Origin: a virus
Taxonomy: Duplodnaviria > Caudoviricetes
DNA length: 54,787 bases
Strand: one strand, 5' to 3'
IMG/VR virus record: IMGVR_UViG_3300036790_000516
Location: 1 to 54,787 of that record
Shown: in pieces, positions 1 through 8,465 of the stretch
Layout: each line of letters begins with the position of its first letter
Numbering within the stretch: position 1 is the first letter of the stretch
Position numbers and translations under genes: made by a program
Notes under the pieces: model-generated
What the model saw: only the letters and a program-made list of their open reading frames with translations
Database searches by the model: none
What the model was told of the DNA's origin: nothing

Positions 1-127
1 GTCGTCACCGCCCTCGACGGCGCTGGCGGCGAGACTCCGGCGTCGAACGAGGTCTTCGCCGCCGTCGACGCCAACTCCTCGATCACCATCTGCTGGAACG
101 TGGTCCCGAACGCCTGGGCCTATAACG
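1..127. repeat. Terminal overlap, copy 1 (identical to 54661-54787); marks a circularly closed contig
   Basis: Exact 127-nt identity, with an ORF running in frame through the junction. 127 is a common assembler k-mer. Confidence 0.97.
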
Positions 128-2490
128 TTTACCGCGGGCTGACCTCGGGCTCGGAGATGGTTCTGTCGGGCGTCGGGCTTCCCGTCCCGCAGCCAGCGCC
201 GCTGACCGCCCGCGTCTGTTTCACCGACGGCGGCGCGACCCCGTTCCCGCCCGGCGGCCTGCCCGTCGCCTCGGTCACCAACGAACCCTACGTGTTGATC
301 TCGCCGCCCGCGCTCGCCGGGTTCAATCCGACCGGCCGGGCGCTGGTGACCCTCGCCGGGGCGACCTCCGGCTCCTTCTACGTCGGCAAGTCGGTCGTCC
401 TCGAAGGCACCGGCAGCGCCTATTACAACGGGGTCGCGGCGTCGGTCGTCTCCATCGTCTCTTCGACGCAACTGGTCATTCAATCGGCGACGTGGTCGCC
501 GCCGTCGCGCCCCGGCTTCCAGGACACCGTCGGCGGCGACCTCCAGGACCCCGGCCCGGTCACCGATACCACCCAGCAGGTCGTCCTCTACAAGATGCCG
601 AACTCGCTGACGCTGCCGATCCCCTACACCGACGCGAACGTGGTAGCGCTGTTCCCGATGTGCCCGCCATCCCTCGGCGTCCCTCCATCGGGCGGCACCG
701 GCGGCCCGACCTCCCTCCCCGGCGCAACCGCCTCGGGCGGCATCGTTGGCATGACCTCGCGCATCCCTCAAATGGCCCAGTTCACCAACCGCGTCGCGAT
801 GGCCCTCGGCAACGGATTCGTGCCGCAGGTCTACTGGGACTCGACTGGATCGCCCGTTAATCCCGCCCCGACCGGCCCGATCACCGGCGTTTCGGTCGAC
901 GCCTACGGCGTGGTCACCGTTACCACCTCGACGTCCCTATCGGTCACCGACCCGACGTCCAAAGGCTTCCTGCCCGTCGGCACGAGCGTCGTCCTCGCGG
1001 GGATCGCCGATCCTCTCTACAACGGCGTTTTCGTGGTCATCTCGGTCGCCATCACGACCATGACCTCCTCGTTTACCGTGCGCAATCTGGCGGCAATCGG
1101 CGAGGCCCCGTCGAGCGGAGGCACCTGGACCGACGCCGCCACTCCCATCATCAACGTCTTCCTGCCCGCCTACCCGGCGTGGGCGGCATCGACGATCTAC
1201 GCCGTCAACGCGGTCGTGCAGCCGGACACGCCGAACGGCTTCTACTACACCTGCGTGTTCCCCGGCGAGTCGGGCCTTACCCAGCCGGCGTTCCCCACCA
1301 TCGTCGGCAATCAGATCGAGGACGGCACCGCCGTATGGCAGAACTCCGGCTCGACCGCCGGCCCCGCCCCGCCCGGCGCCGGCCACCTCTCCATCTACTC
1401 CGGCTCGCTGTGGCTCTGGAACACCTGGCCGACCGACTCGACCAACGGCATCGCCGGGCCGACCTCGATCCAGATGTCCGACGTCGACAATCCGTTTTCG
1501 TGGAACCCGGTCAACCAGGCGTTCATCGACAAGGACGACGGATCGGACGGCATGGGCCTGGCGACGTTCACGATCAGCGCCGAGGGCATCCCGCCCGAGG
1601 GCTCCCTGGTGGCGTTCAAAAACTTCGCCGGGTACCAGATCGTCGGCGTCTTTGGCTCCTCCAATTTCGCCATCCAGCGCATCCGCTCCGACATGGGCTG
1701 CTCGGCCCCCCGTACGATCCATTTCGTCCCTGGCTTCGGGATCATGCGCTACGCCCATCTCGGCATCGCCAATTTCGACGGCGTTCGCGATACGTTGATC
1801 AGCGAGGAGGTCCGCCCGTTCCTGTTCGCGTCGAACTCGCGACTGACCGCCGACATCGTCCCCATCGACCCCTACTGGCTGGCGATGTCCTGTTCCGATC
1901 TGACCGCGTCGCCCGCGATGTACGTCACCGCCATCCCGGTCGGCTCGAACTCCCTCGGCGCCCTCACGCGATTGCTGTGCTATGACATCGTCCTCAAATC
2001 CTGGGCCATCATCGACCTCCCGTTCCCGATCTCGACGATCTACCAGGCGCGCTCCTCGGAGGTCACCTCCCCGATCACCTTATTCGGCGGATTCAGCGAC
2101 GGGGTGCTGCAGCGCTGGCAGGCCAACGACCTCTTATGGCTGACCGGCGGCGGGGCGTCGGAGCTTCCCCGGGTCGTCGCCTGGTCGGTCACGCTCGCCG
2201 ACACCGAAGGGCGCACGCCCGACCAAAAGATGCAGTTCCGCCGCGTCACCGTTCGTGGTATATCTAACGGCGCCTCCTCCCTTTCCGTTACTCCCATCAT
2301 CAACGGGAGTCCCTTTACATTGCAGACCTATCCGATCCCCGCGAGCGGAGATTACGAAGTGTTCAGCGGCGTGTTCAAAAACGGCTGGCGGTTCGGCGCG
2401 CGGCTCTCGGGCGCCGGGCCAATTGAGATCGACCGGGTGGGATACCAGCTCGTCGATAAGGCGCTTGGGACGCCGGGGGTGATCTCGTGA
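1..2490 (+). CDS. Tail nozzle / head-closure protein (P22 gp10 / T7 gp12-like position), 3' part of a ~944-aa gene starting at 54316
   Basis: Frame open from base 1 and continuous with 54316-54660. Lies between adaptor and GNAT/ejection genes. Beta-rich C-half; inserted CBM-like segment WAASTIYAVNAVVQP...FYYTC...DGTAVW. Confidence 0.7.
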   Translation, partial: VVTALDGAGGETPASNEVFAAVDANSSITICWNVVPNAWAYNVYRGLTSGSEMVLSGVGLPVPQPAPLTARVCFTDGGATPFPPGGLPVASVTNEPYVLISPPALAGFNPTGRALVTLAGATSGSFYVGKSVVLEGTGSAYYNGVAASVVSIVSSTQLVIQSATWSPPSRPGFQDTVGGDLQDPGPVTDTTQQVVLYKMPNSLTLPIPYTDANVVALFPMCPPSLGVPPSGGTGGPTSLPGATASGGIVGMTSRIPQMAQFTNRVAMALGNGFVPQVYWDSTGSPVNPAPTGPITGVSVDAYGVVTVTTSTSLSVTDPTSKGFLPVGTSVVLAGIADPLYNGVFVVISVAITTMTSSFTVRNLAAIGEAPSSGGTWTDAATPIINVFLPAYPAWAASTIYAVNAVVQPDTPNGFYYTCVFPGESGLTQPAFPTIVGNQIEDGTAVWQNSGSTAGPAPPGAGHLSIYSGSLWLWNTWPTDSTNGIAGPTSIQMSDVDNPFSWNPVNQAFIDKDDGSDGMGLATFTISAEGIPPEGSLVAFKNFAGYQIVGVFGSSNFAIQRIRSDMGCSAPRTIHFVPGFGIMRYAHLGIANFDGVRDTLISEEVRPFLFASNSRLTADIVPIDPYWLAMSCSDLTASPAMYVTAIPVGSNSLGALTRLLCYDIVLKSWAIIDLPFPISTIYQARSSEVTSPITLFGGFSDGVLQRWQANDLLWLTGGGASELPRVVAWSVTLADTEGRTPDQKMQFRRVTVRGISNGASSLSVTPIINGSPFTLQTYPIPASGDYEVFSGVFKNGWRFGARLSGAGPIEIDRVGYQLVDKALGTPGVIS

Positions 2491-2888
2491 CCATGCCCGC
2501 CATTCGCGTCCGCAACTACGTCCCCGGCGAGACTCTCCCTGCCGCGCTGGCGACTGGCTACGAGCAGCGCCGCTGCGACCCTCAGTGGATCTGGCTTGCG
2601 GTCGACAACGCCGACGCCCCGGTCGCCATCCTGGTCGCCGCGCCCGCGCATATCGCGGTGATCCTGATGCGCCTTGTGGCCGTCGATGGCGCGCCGGTCT
2701 CTACGATCCGCGGCCTCGTCCGCCACGTTCTCGCCGAGTGCGCCGCCCGCGGCTACCTCACCTACGTCACCTGGGTCAACCCGCAGCGTCCAGCGGAGGC
2801 GTCGCTGTTGCGCCTGATTTGTCAAACCGGCGGGAAGCAGCTCGTCGAGCCGCAGGTCTGCTGCATCGGTCTAACGGAGGCCGCCTGA
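2487..2888 (+). CDS. GNAT-fold virion assembly protein (P22 gp14 / T7 gp13-like position)
   Basis: Beta-beta-alpha pattern WIWLAVD...VAILVA...LVRHVLAECAARGYLTYVTWV; synteny after the nozzle gene. Confidence 0.55.
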   Translation: MTMPAIRVRNYVPGETLPAALATGYEQRRCDPQWIWLAVDNADAPVAILVAAPAHIAVILMRLVAVDGAPVSTIRGLVRHVLAECAARGYLTYVTWVNPQRPAEASLLRLICQTGGKQLVEPQVCCIGLTEAA

Positions 2889-3178
2889 TGCCCGAGATAC
2901 TTGGGCTCATCCCAACGCTGCTCGGCCTCGGCAACTCCATCTCCGCCCAGCAGCATGCGAACATCCCGTCGCTGCTCCCGCCCGCAGCGTCGACGCCGGG
3001 CACGACGGCCACCGCGCCGCAGGTCACCGCCGCCGCCAATACCGACTACGCCACCAGCGGGTCGCAAGGCGGGGCGGCGCCGAATTTCCTGTCGTCGTTC
3101 TCGGCGCAGAATGGCGGCTCGCCGACGACGCCGTTGCCGTTCAACGCCGATACCTTGAAGGGGTACTTCAATGCCTGA
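2888..3178 (+). CDS. Small putative ejection (internal virion) protein
   Basis: ATG overlaps the previous stop; MPEILGLIPTLLGLG N-terminus; Ala/Thr/Gly-rich. Confidence 0.5.
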   Translation: MPEILGLIPTLLGLGNSISAQQHANIPSLLPPAASTPGTTATAPQVTAAANTDYATSGSQGGAAPNFLSSFSAQNGGSPTTPLPFNADTLKGYFNA

Positions 3179-3869
3179 TTCGCTGGGACAACTCGGGGGC
3201 CTGTTTGGCGGTGGCGGTTCGGGCGGCGGCGGCTCCGGCGGCGGCGGCTCGACCGCAGGCACCGCAGTGTCCGGCGGCCTCGCTGGCGCGGGCGCAATCG
3301 GCAACCTGCTAACCTCGCTGTTATCCGGCGGCGTCACCAGCGGCCTCAACAAGCAACTCAAGTCGATCGAAGGCATGTCCCCGGCGCAATTCTCGTCGAT
3401 GGTGACGAGCGCCGAAGGCCCGATCAACGCCGGTCTGGTCCAGTCCGTGGGCAACCGGGTCCAAGGCGACCTTGCCTCCCGTGGTCTCTCCCAAGCCCCC
3501 GGCATCTTCGCGTCGGAGGAGGCGCAGGCGCTCGGGCCGATCGAGCAGCAGAATTATCAGGTCGCGCTGGAGCAGACGCTGGCGAAACTGGGACTGCCAT
3601 TGTCCTACGCGTCGGTGATTCAGAAGATGCTGCCGGGACAGCAGTCGATGACGCCCGCGTTGCAGGCGTTATTGCGGTCGCTGGCGGCGGGAAACGCTAA
3701 CAAGGCTAGCGCGTCCAGCGGCGGACTGGTCCTCCCCGGCGGTCCCACCTCAGGCTCGATCCCCACGACCGACTCGCCGGTCGATGGCAGCCTCATCGAC
3801 CCTTCCCTGTGGACCGGTGGGACCGATAGTGGCGATCTGGACCTGTCCGCGCTAGGCGTTGGAGGCTAG
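3171..3869 (+). CDS. Putative ejection protein (P22 gp7-like)
   Basis: Gly-rich hydrophobic N-terminus, LASRGL motif, Gln/Ala-rich helices, synteny. Confidence 0.6.
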   Translation: MPDSLGQLGGLFGGGGSGGGGSGGGGSTAGTAVSGGLAGAGAIGNLLTSLLSGGVTSGLNKQLKSIEGMSPAQFSSMVTSAEGPINAGLVQSVGNRVQGDLASRGLSQAPGIFASEEAQALGPIEQQNYQVALEQTLAKLGLPLSYASVIQKMLPGQQSMTPALQALLRSLAAGNANKASASSGGLVLPGGPTSGSIPTTDSPVDGSLIDPSLWTGGTDSGDLDLSALGVGG

Positions 3870-3872
3870 CGC

Positions 3873-5108
3873 ATGGGAGCCTTCGCACAAGCCCTGCAAT
3901 CGCTCGGCGGCCTCGGCAACGACTTGGGGACCGCGCAGCAGAACGTCAAGACGCAGGCGTTTACCGACCAGTCGAACGCGATCAAGCTGCGGCTATTGCA
4001 ACTGGCGTTGTCACAGCAGGAGAAGCCGCCGGTCGATCCTCTCGCGCAGAAGATTGCGACGATCCAGGCCGGGCTGAAGCAGCTAGGATTGCCTCCCATG
4101 ACGCAGGATCAAGCGCTCCAGGTTCTAGGGCTTGCGCCGAAAGCGACTACGGATCGCCAGTTCCCTGTCGCTCCCGGAGGCGAGGTCTACGATACTGCTA
4201 CAAGGACGTTCTCGCAGCCAGTTCCCGAGCGGCCAATCAAGCCCACCGCCGCCACCGAGGCCAAGCCGGTATTTCCAACCGGCGGGGGGCCTGCTTACGG
4301 CGTCTCCCGCGTCAACAGCGCCGGACAACTCGCCATCATCAAGCCGGGCGACCCCGAGTTCACCGACGACGATAAAAAGCTGCTCGACTCGGTGAACGCG
4401 TCGCAGCAAAAGGGACAAGCGGACAAGGCTGCGGCTGCGGCGGCGGCGGCGGCTGCGCGGGAGAAAGCCTACGTAGACGCCTATGCAACGGCGCGAGGCA
4501 AGGTTCAGCAGTATTCGGTGATCGACAAGACCAACGGCCAGCCGGTGATGGTCAACGCCGAGACCATGAACGCGAATCCCGGCCGCTTCGCCGCTGGGAG
4601 CCTCGGCCAGCAGCTCAAGAATCGCGCGGGCGTGTTCGACGAGATCAATTACACGACGGGACAGTTCAATCGGGCGCTCAACGGCCTCACCGACGCGGAT
4701 TTCAAAACGCTGCCCCGCGCGCAAATCGCCATCGCGCTGCAAAGCCGCGATCCCAGTTCCGCAATGTCCGAGTTCATCGGCAGCGAGGCGGCATCGACGC
4801 TCTCGCCCGCGCAGATCGACTACGTCACCGGCCTCGTCTCGTTGCAGGAGTCGGCGATGTCGCTGCGGTCGATCGCTGGAATGGGTCAAGGGTCCGACAC
4901 GCTGCGGAACGCGATCACCGCGATGCTGCCGGGGCCGCAAACGCCGTCGAAGGACTATGCCAACCGGCAGATGAGACTGTTCCAGGGCGAGCTAGAAGCG
5001 CTGCGGCGGTCGGTCCCGGCGTCGTCGCAGCTCGGCATGAGCGGCCAAACAGGTAACGCCGCGGCACCGCCAGCCACCGGAGGCACGCGTACGATCGTGA
5101 TTCAATAA
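3873..5108 (+). CDS. Putative ejection protein
   Basis: GGAGG SD; Ala/Gln-rich helical composition with no Cys; synteny. Confidence 0.55.
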   Translation: MGAFAQALQSLGGLGNDLGTAQQNVKTQAFTDQSNAIKLRLLQLALSQQEKPPVDPLAQKIATIQAGLKQLGLPPMTQDQALQVLGLAPKATTDRQFPVAPGGEVYDTATRTFSQPVPERPIKPTAATEAKPVFPTGGGPAYGVSRVNSAGQLAIIKPGDPEFTDDDKKLLDSVNASQQKGQADKAAAAAAAAAAREKAYVDAYATARGKVQQYSVIDKTNGQPVMVNAETMNANPGRFAAGSLGQQLKNRAGVFDEINYTTGQFNRALNGLTDADFKTLPRAQIAIALQSRDPSSAMSEFIGSEAASTLSPAQIDYVTGLVSLQESAMSLRSIAGMGQGSDTLRNAITAMLPGPQTPSKDYANRQMRLFQGELEALRRSVPASSQLGMSGQTGNAAAPPATGGTRTIVIQ

Positions 5109-6271
5109 TGGCCAACGGAACCGATCGTGAGCAAGTGAATCTCAACGTAGGCGGCCAATCGTTCACGATTGATGCGCCGAAGGGACTGTCTGACGCCGAG
5201 GTGATCTCTAAGGCGATGGCGGCGGACCCTGGGTTTCGAGCGGCCTACGCCGACTTTCGTCGCGGCGCGCAGGCGCAGGCGGCCGCAAGGGCGGCAGGCG
5301 TATCGTCTCCCGGCGTCTCACAATCGCCGCTCAAGCCGCAGATGGAGCAGGCGGGCGCGAGGCATATCGCTAACGAGAAGGAGCTGGCTTACCGGCAATG
5401 GCGCGCGAGACAAAACCCTACGCCGATGACCGACGCGTCCAGCGTCTTACTCCCAGTAGCGGAACTCCCCGAGGCCGTCGCCGCTCTCTCCAGGATGAGC
5501 GCTGCCGATATAGCCCGAGGGGCAGGGCGGGGGCTGTTAAATTTCGCCAAGAAATCCGCTGGTGGCGCGGTCGTTGGCGGCGCGGCTGGAGGCGCGGTCG
5601 GGGGCAAGCGAGGTGCGGAACTCGGTGCCGCTGGAGGCGCTACTCTCGGGACCCTTATCCCCAATCGCGCCTACGCCAATCTCCCTCCTGCCATCGGCCA
5701 CTTTTTCCTCAGCGATGAGGATTACGCGATGGTCAAGGCGGCTCAGGAACTCGCCAAGATACAGGCCGAACTGAAGACGGACTTGCCGGCAGCGCAGGCG
5801 GCGAAAAAGCTGGCCAAGTTGCAGGCCGAGATCGCGGCGGGGCTCAAGGAATCTCCCGAGACCATAGCCGAGCCCGAGAAGGTCCCGTTTCGTCCTGGCA
5901 TGAAGGCGCAACTGAATCGCGGAACGGGAACTGCTTATGATCCCGTAGGGGGCTCGCGCGCCCCCGCATCGTCGTCGTCGAGGCCAATGATACGGCCGCC
6001 GCGAACAGGTGAGGCCTCTGAGTCCATGGCCGCAGGTTCCTCTGGCCTCCGTCCAACCGAGTCCGAGCAGCTCGCCACGTGGCTCAACAAGCAGACGGTA
6101 TGGACGCCGGAGATGGAGCGCGCCGCCGTTCGCGCTTGGGGCGACAAGGCTCGGATGCGCGCAGGCGAGGGCCTCGTCAACTATCGCGCGAGAATCCAAG
6201 GCTACGGCTACGCCGCCCGCGCCGCTCGCGGCATGAGCGACATCGAAAACAATCCGATCATTCGACCGTAA
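5108..6271 (+). CDS. Putative ejection protein
   Basis: GxxxG-rich hydrophobic segment GGAVVGGAAGGAVGG; coupled to the previous gene. Confidence 0.55.
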   Translation: MANGTDREQVNLNVGGQSFTIDAPKGLSDAEVISKAMAADPGFRAAYADFRRGAQAQAAARAAGVSSPGVSQSPLKPQMEQAGARHIANEKELAYRQWRARQNPTPMTDASSVLLPVAELPEAVAALSRMSAADIARGAGRGLLNFAKKSAGGAVVGGAAGGAVGGKRGAELGAAGGATLGTLIPNRAYANLPPAIGHFFLSDEDYAMVKAAQELAKIQAELKTDLPAAQAAKKLAKLQAEIAAGLKESPETIAEPEKVPFRPGMKAQLNRGTGTAYDPVGGSRAPASSSSRPMIRPPRTGEASESMAAGSSGLRPTESEQLATWLNKQTVWTPEMERAAVRAWGDKARMRAGEGLVNYRARIQGYGYAARAARGMSDIENNPIIRP

Positions 6272-6283
6272 AGGAGACAACGA

Positions 6284-6451
6284 ATGGCATTCCACAAAGG
6301 CGATCAACCTTCCGGCGAGGCCCCCGCGACCGCCGTCGGCGACGAGATGTCGCTGCCCGGCCGCGCGCTGGTCCGCAAAAAGGGACGGCATTTCGGCGGC
6401 AAGATGGCCAAACGGCATCACGGGAAGCGCAAGATGGGCAAGCGGGGATAG
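6284..6451 (+). CDS. 55-aa basic protein (not in ORF track)
   Basis: AAGGAG SD; MAFHKGDQ...KRHHGKRKMGKRG*. Confidence 0.7.
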   Translation: MAFHKGDQPSGEAPATAVGDEMSLPGRALVRKKGRHFGGKMAKRHHGKRKMGKRG

Positions 6452-6468
6452 CGGGACGGAGGACGGCG

Positions 6469-6663
6469 ATGCCGCTCGAACATTTTCGCAATAAAGAGGA
6501 CTATAGAAAGTGGACCGCTTATCGCCATATGCACGACATCCCCGCGCCGCATCTGAAACGGGTGAGCGTGGGCGGCAAGGTCCATACGGTCAAGCATTCC
6601 CGCGGACGCAGGACGTCGAAGCGGATGCCCCGTCCGGCGCGACGAAAGGGAGGACGCAAGTGA
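6469..6663 (+). CDS. 64-aa basic protein
   Basis: GGAGG SD; MPLEHFRN...RPARRKGGRK*. Confidence 0.7.
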   Translation: MPLEHFRNKEDYRKWTAYRHMHDIPAPHLKRVSVGGKVHTVKHSRGRRTSKRMPRPARRKGGRK

Positions 6664-6866
6664 GCACACTCGACGACAATCTCGCGAAACGCATGAAGGC
6701 GGCGATGGGCAGCGAACTCGACCCCGAACTGGCGACGCCGCTGACCGCGGGCTGCGAGGAGACTCCCGACCGCGAGGAGTTGTTCCCGCAGTTCTGCGAC
6801 CCGTTCAGGCAGACGAACATGAAGGGCAAGTACAGCCGCAACACGCGGCGGGAGCGGGAGGACTAA
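6660..6866 (+). CDS. Hypothetical protein (68 aa)
   Basis: GGGAGG SD; GTG start overlaps the previous stop (GTGA). Confidence 0.6.
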   Translation: MSTLDDNLAKRMKAAMGSELDPELATPLTAGCEETPDREELFPQFCDPFRQTNMKGKYSRNTRRERED

Positions 6867-6868
6867 CG

Positions 6869-8044
6869 ATGCGACGTTGGCTCATCGGCATCACCCTCGC
6901 CGTCATCGCCGTCGCCGCCTCGCCGCCCGCCCGCGCGCAGGTCCAGCAGGGCAGCCTGACGACCGCGGCGGCGGATTGCGGCAACCCTCCCGCGAACTCG
7001 ACCGGCGCCATCTTCGTCGCCGTCGGCAGCAGCGGCGGCGCGACGGTCACGGCATCGGGGACGTGGAGCGGCACCCTCTCGTTCTTCGGCACCGGCGACG
7101 GCGGCGTCACCTACACCGTCCTGACCAGTCTCAACAACTCCAACGTCTCGACGACGACCGGCAACGGGACGTGGCAGTTCAATCCCACCGCCTACTCGCA
7201 TATCTGCGTGGCGTTCACGACCGCGTCGTCGGGGACCGCTGTCGTCACGATCCGCCTGAGCACCAACTCAGCGGGTCATGGCGGCGGCGGGGGCGGCGGT
7301 GGAGGTGGCATCGGCGGCACCGTCTCCAGCCCGTTCCTGCCCTACGCGAGCGGCGCGGATGCGCTGAGCGATAGCGAGTTCAGCTATGACACCGCAAACG
7401 CGATGGCGTTTTGTTTCGCGGAGTACGACTCGAATGACCCGCCGTGCATCTGGGCGGAGGATATGGCTGTTGATTCCAGCGACAGTTCCATCGGGCTGTC
7501 TACAAATGGCGTTTCCGTTAACGACATCAACGATGGCGTCGAATCATGGTACGGCGGTGGAGTAGCCAGCGTTGGAAATGGGAGCATCACCCTATCGTAT
7601 GTTGGGGCCATCACGGCTGGCGTAAATGGCGGCTTCGGCGGCTCCCTCACCCTCAACGATGCCACCAGCGGCAGTCCGACCCTTACAGCGAACGCCGACT
7701 TCTTTGCGCTCACTCCAGATGATTCCGGCTCCTCCGGACTCGTCATGAACTCATCGACAGCATCGAGCATCGATATTATCGTCGAACCGGGAGGGGACTC
7801 CATCGCCCTGTCCAACTCGACGACCGACCCGGACGACAACATTGGGTTGCAGGCAGTCGCCGGAAGCGGGGCGACGCTGAATGTTACGGATTCGATGGGC
7901 GGATCGATCGCAATACAAAGCGCAGGAGGCATCGGAACCGTCGTCGCGCCGCAGCTGGCCGCCGCCTCTGGGCAAATCTTCGTATGCGTGGACACGACCG
8001 GCATGCTCGTGTCGTCGGCAACGGCTTGCGTTGGAACGAAATAA
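6869..8044 (+). CDS. Signal-peptide-bearing fibre/decoration-like protein
   Basis: Sec signal MRRWLIGITLAVIAVAASPPARA/Q. Beta-sandwich N-domain (GTWSGTLSFFGTGDGG), poly-Gly hinge, C-terminal FVCVDTTGML motif. Confidence 0.7.
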   Translation: MRRWLIGITLAVIAVAASPPARAQVQQGSLTTAAADCGNPPANSTGAIFVAVGSSGGATVTASGTWSGTLSFFGTGDGGVTYTVLTSLNNSNVSTTTGNGTWQFNPTAYSHICVAFTTASSGTAVVTIRLSTNSAGHGGGGGGGGGGIGGTVSSPFLPYASGADALSDSEFSYDTANAMAFCFAEYDSNDPPCIWAEDMAVDSSDSSIGLSTNGVSVNDINDGVESWYGGGVASVGNGSITLSYVGAITAGVNGGFGGSLTLNDATSGSPTLTANADFFALTPDDSGSSGLVMNSSTASSIDIIVEPGGDSIALSNSTTDPDDNIGLQAVAGSGATLNVTDSMGGSIAIQSAGGIGTVVAPQLAAASGQIFVCVDTTGMLVSSATACVGTK

Positions 8045-8057
8045 AAAGGAGACCTCG

Positions 8058-8462
8058 ATGAAACTTCGCATCTGGCTGCCCACGCTAATCCTCCCGCTGG
8101 CGCTCGCTGGACTTACGGCCGCGCAATCGCCGGCGCCAACGACCAAGCCGCCGATCGCTCCGCGTCCGCAAGCGGCTCCATTATCGGCCCCGACGCCAAA
8201 GCCGACGCCCGCGCCCGCCGTCGCCGCCGCCGTCCCCGTCCCGCCCGCGACGCTGGCGACGCTGACCCCTTTGCTAACCGCCCGCGCGAACTACCGCTCG
8301 CAGGTGCTGACCCTTCTCCAGAAGAACCGCGCCAACGAGATCGCCATCGGCAAGATCGAGACCAAAGCGCTGGCCGCCGCCGGCCTTGACTACCATAGCT
8401 CGATGCTGTCGGCGGACGGCAAGACGTTCGTCCCGCGGCAAGGACTGCCGCCGCGGCAATAG
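8058..8462 (+). CDS. Secreted Pro-rich/helical protein, possible fibre chaperone
   Basis: AAGGAG SD; signal MKLRIWLPTLILPLALAGLTAA/Q. Confidence 0.65.
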   Translation: MKLRIWLPTLILPLALAGLTAAQSPAPTTKPPIAPRPQAAPLSAPTPKPTPAPAVAAAVPVPPATLATLTPLLTARANYRSQVLTLLQKNRANEIAIGKIETKALAAAGLDYHSSMLSADGKTFVPRQGLPPRQ

Positions 8463-8465
8463 CCC

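Noticed and set aside
1-127. Terminal repeat as a biological direct terminal repeat
   Set aside because: It lies mid-gene and equals a typical assembler k-mer length; best read as circular overlap.
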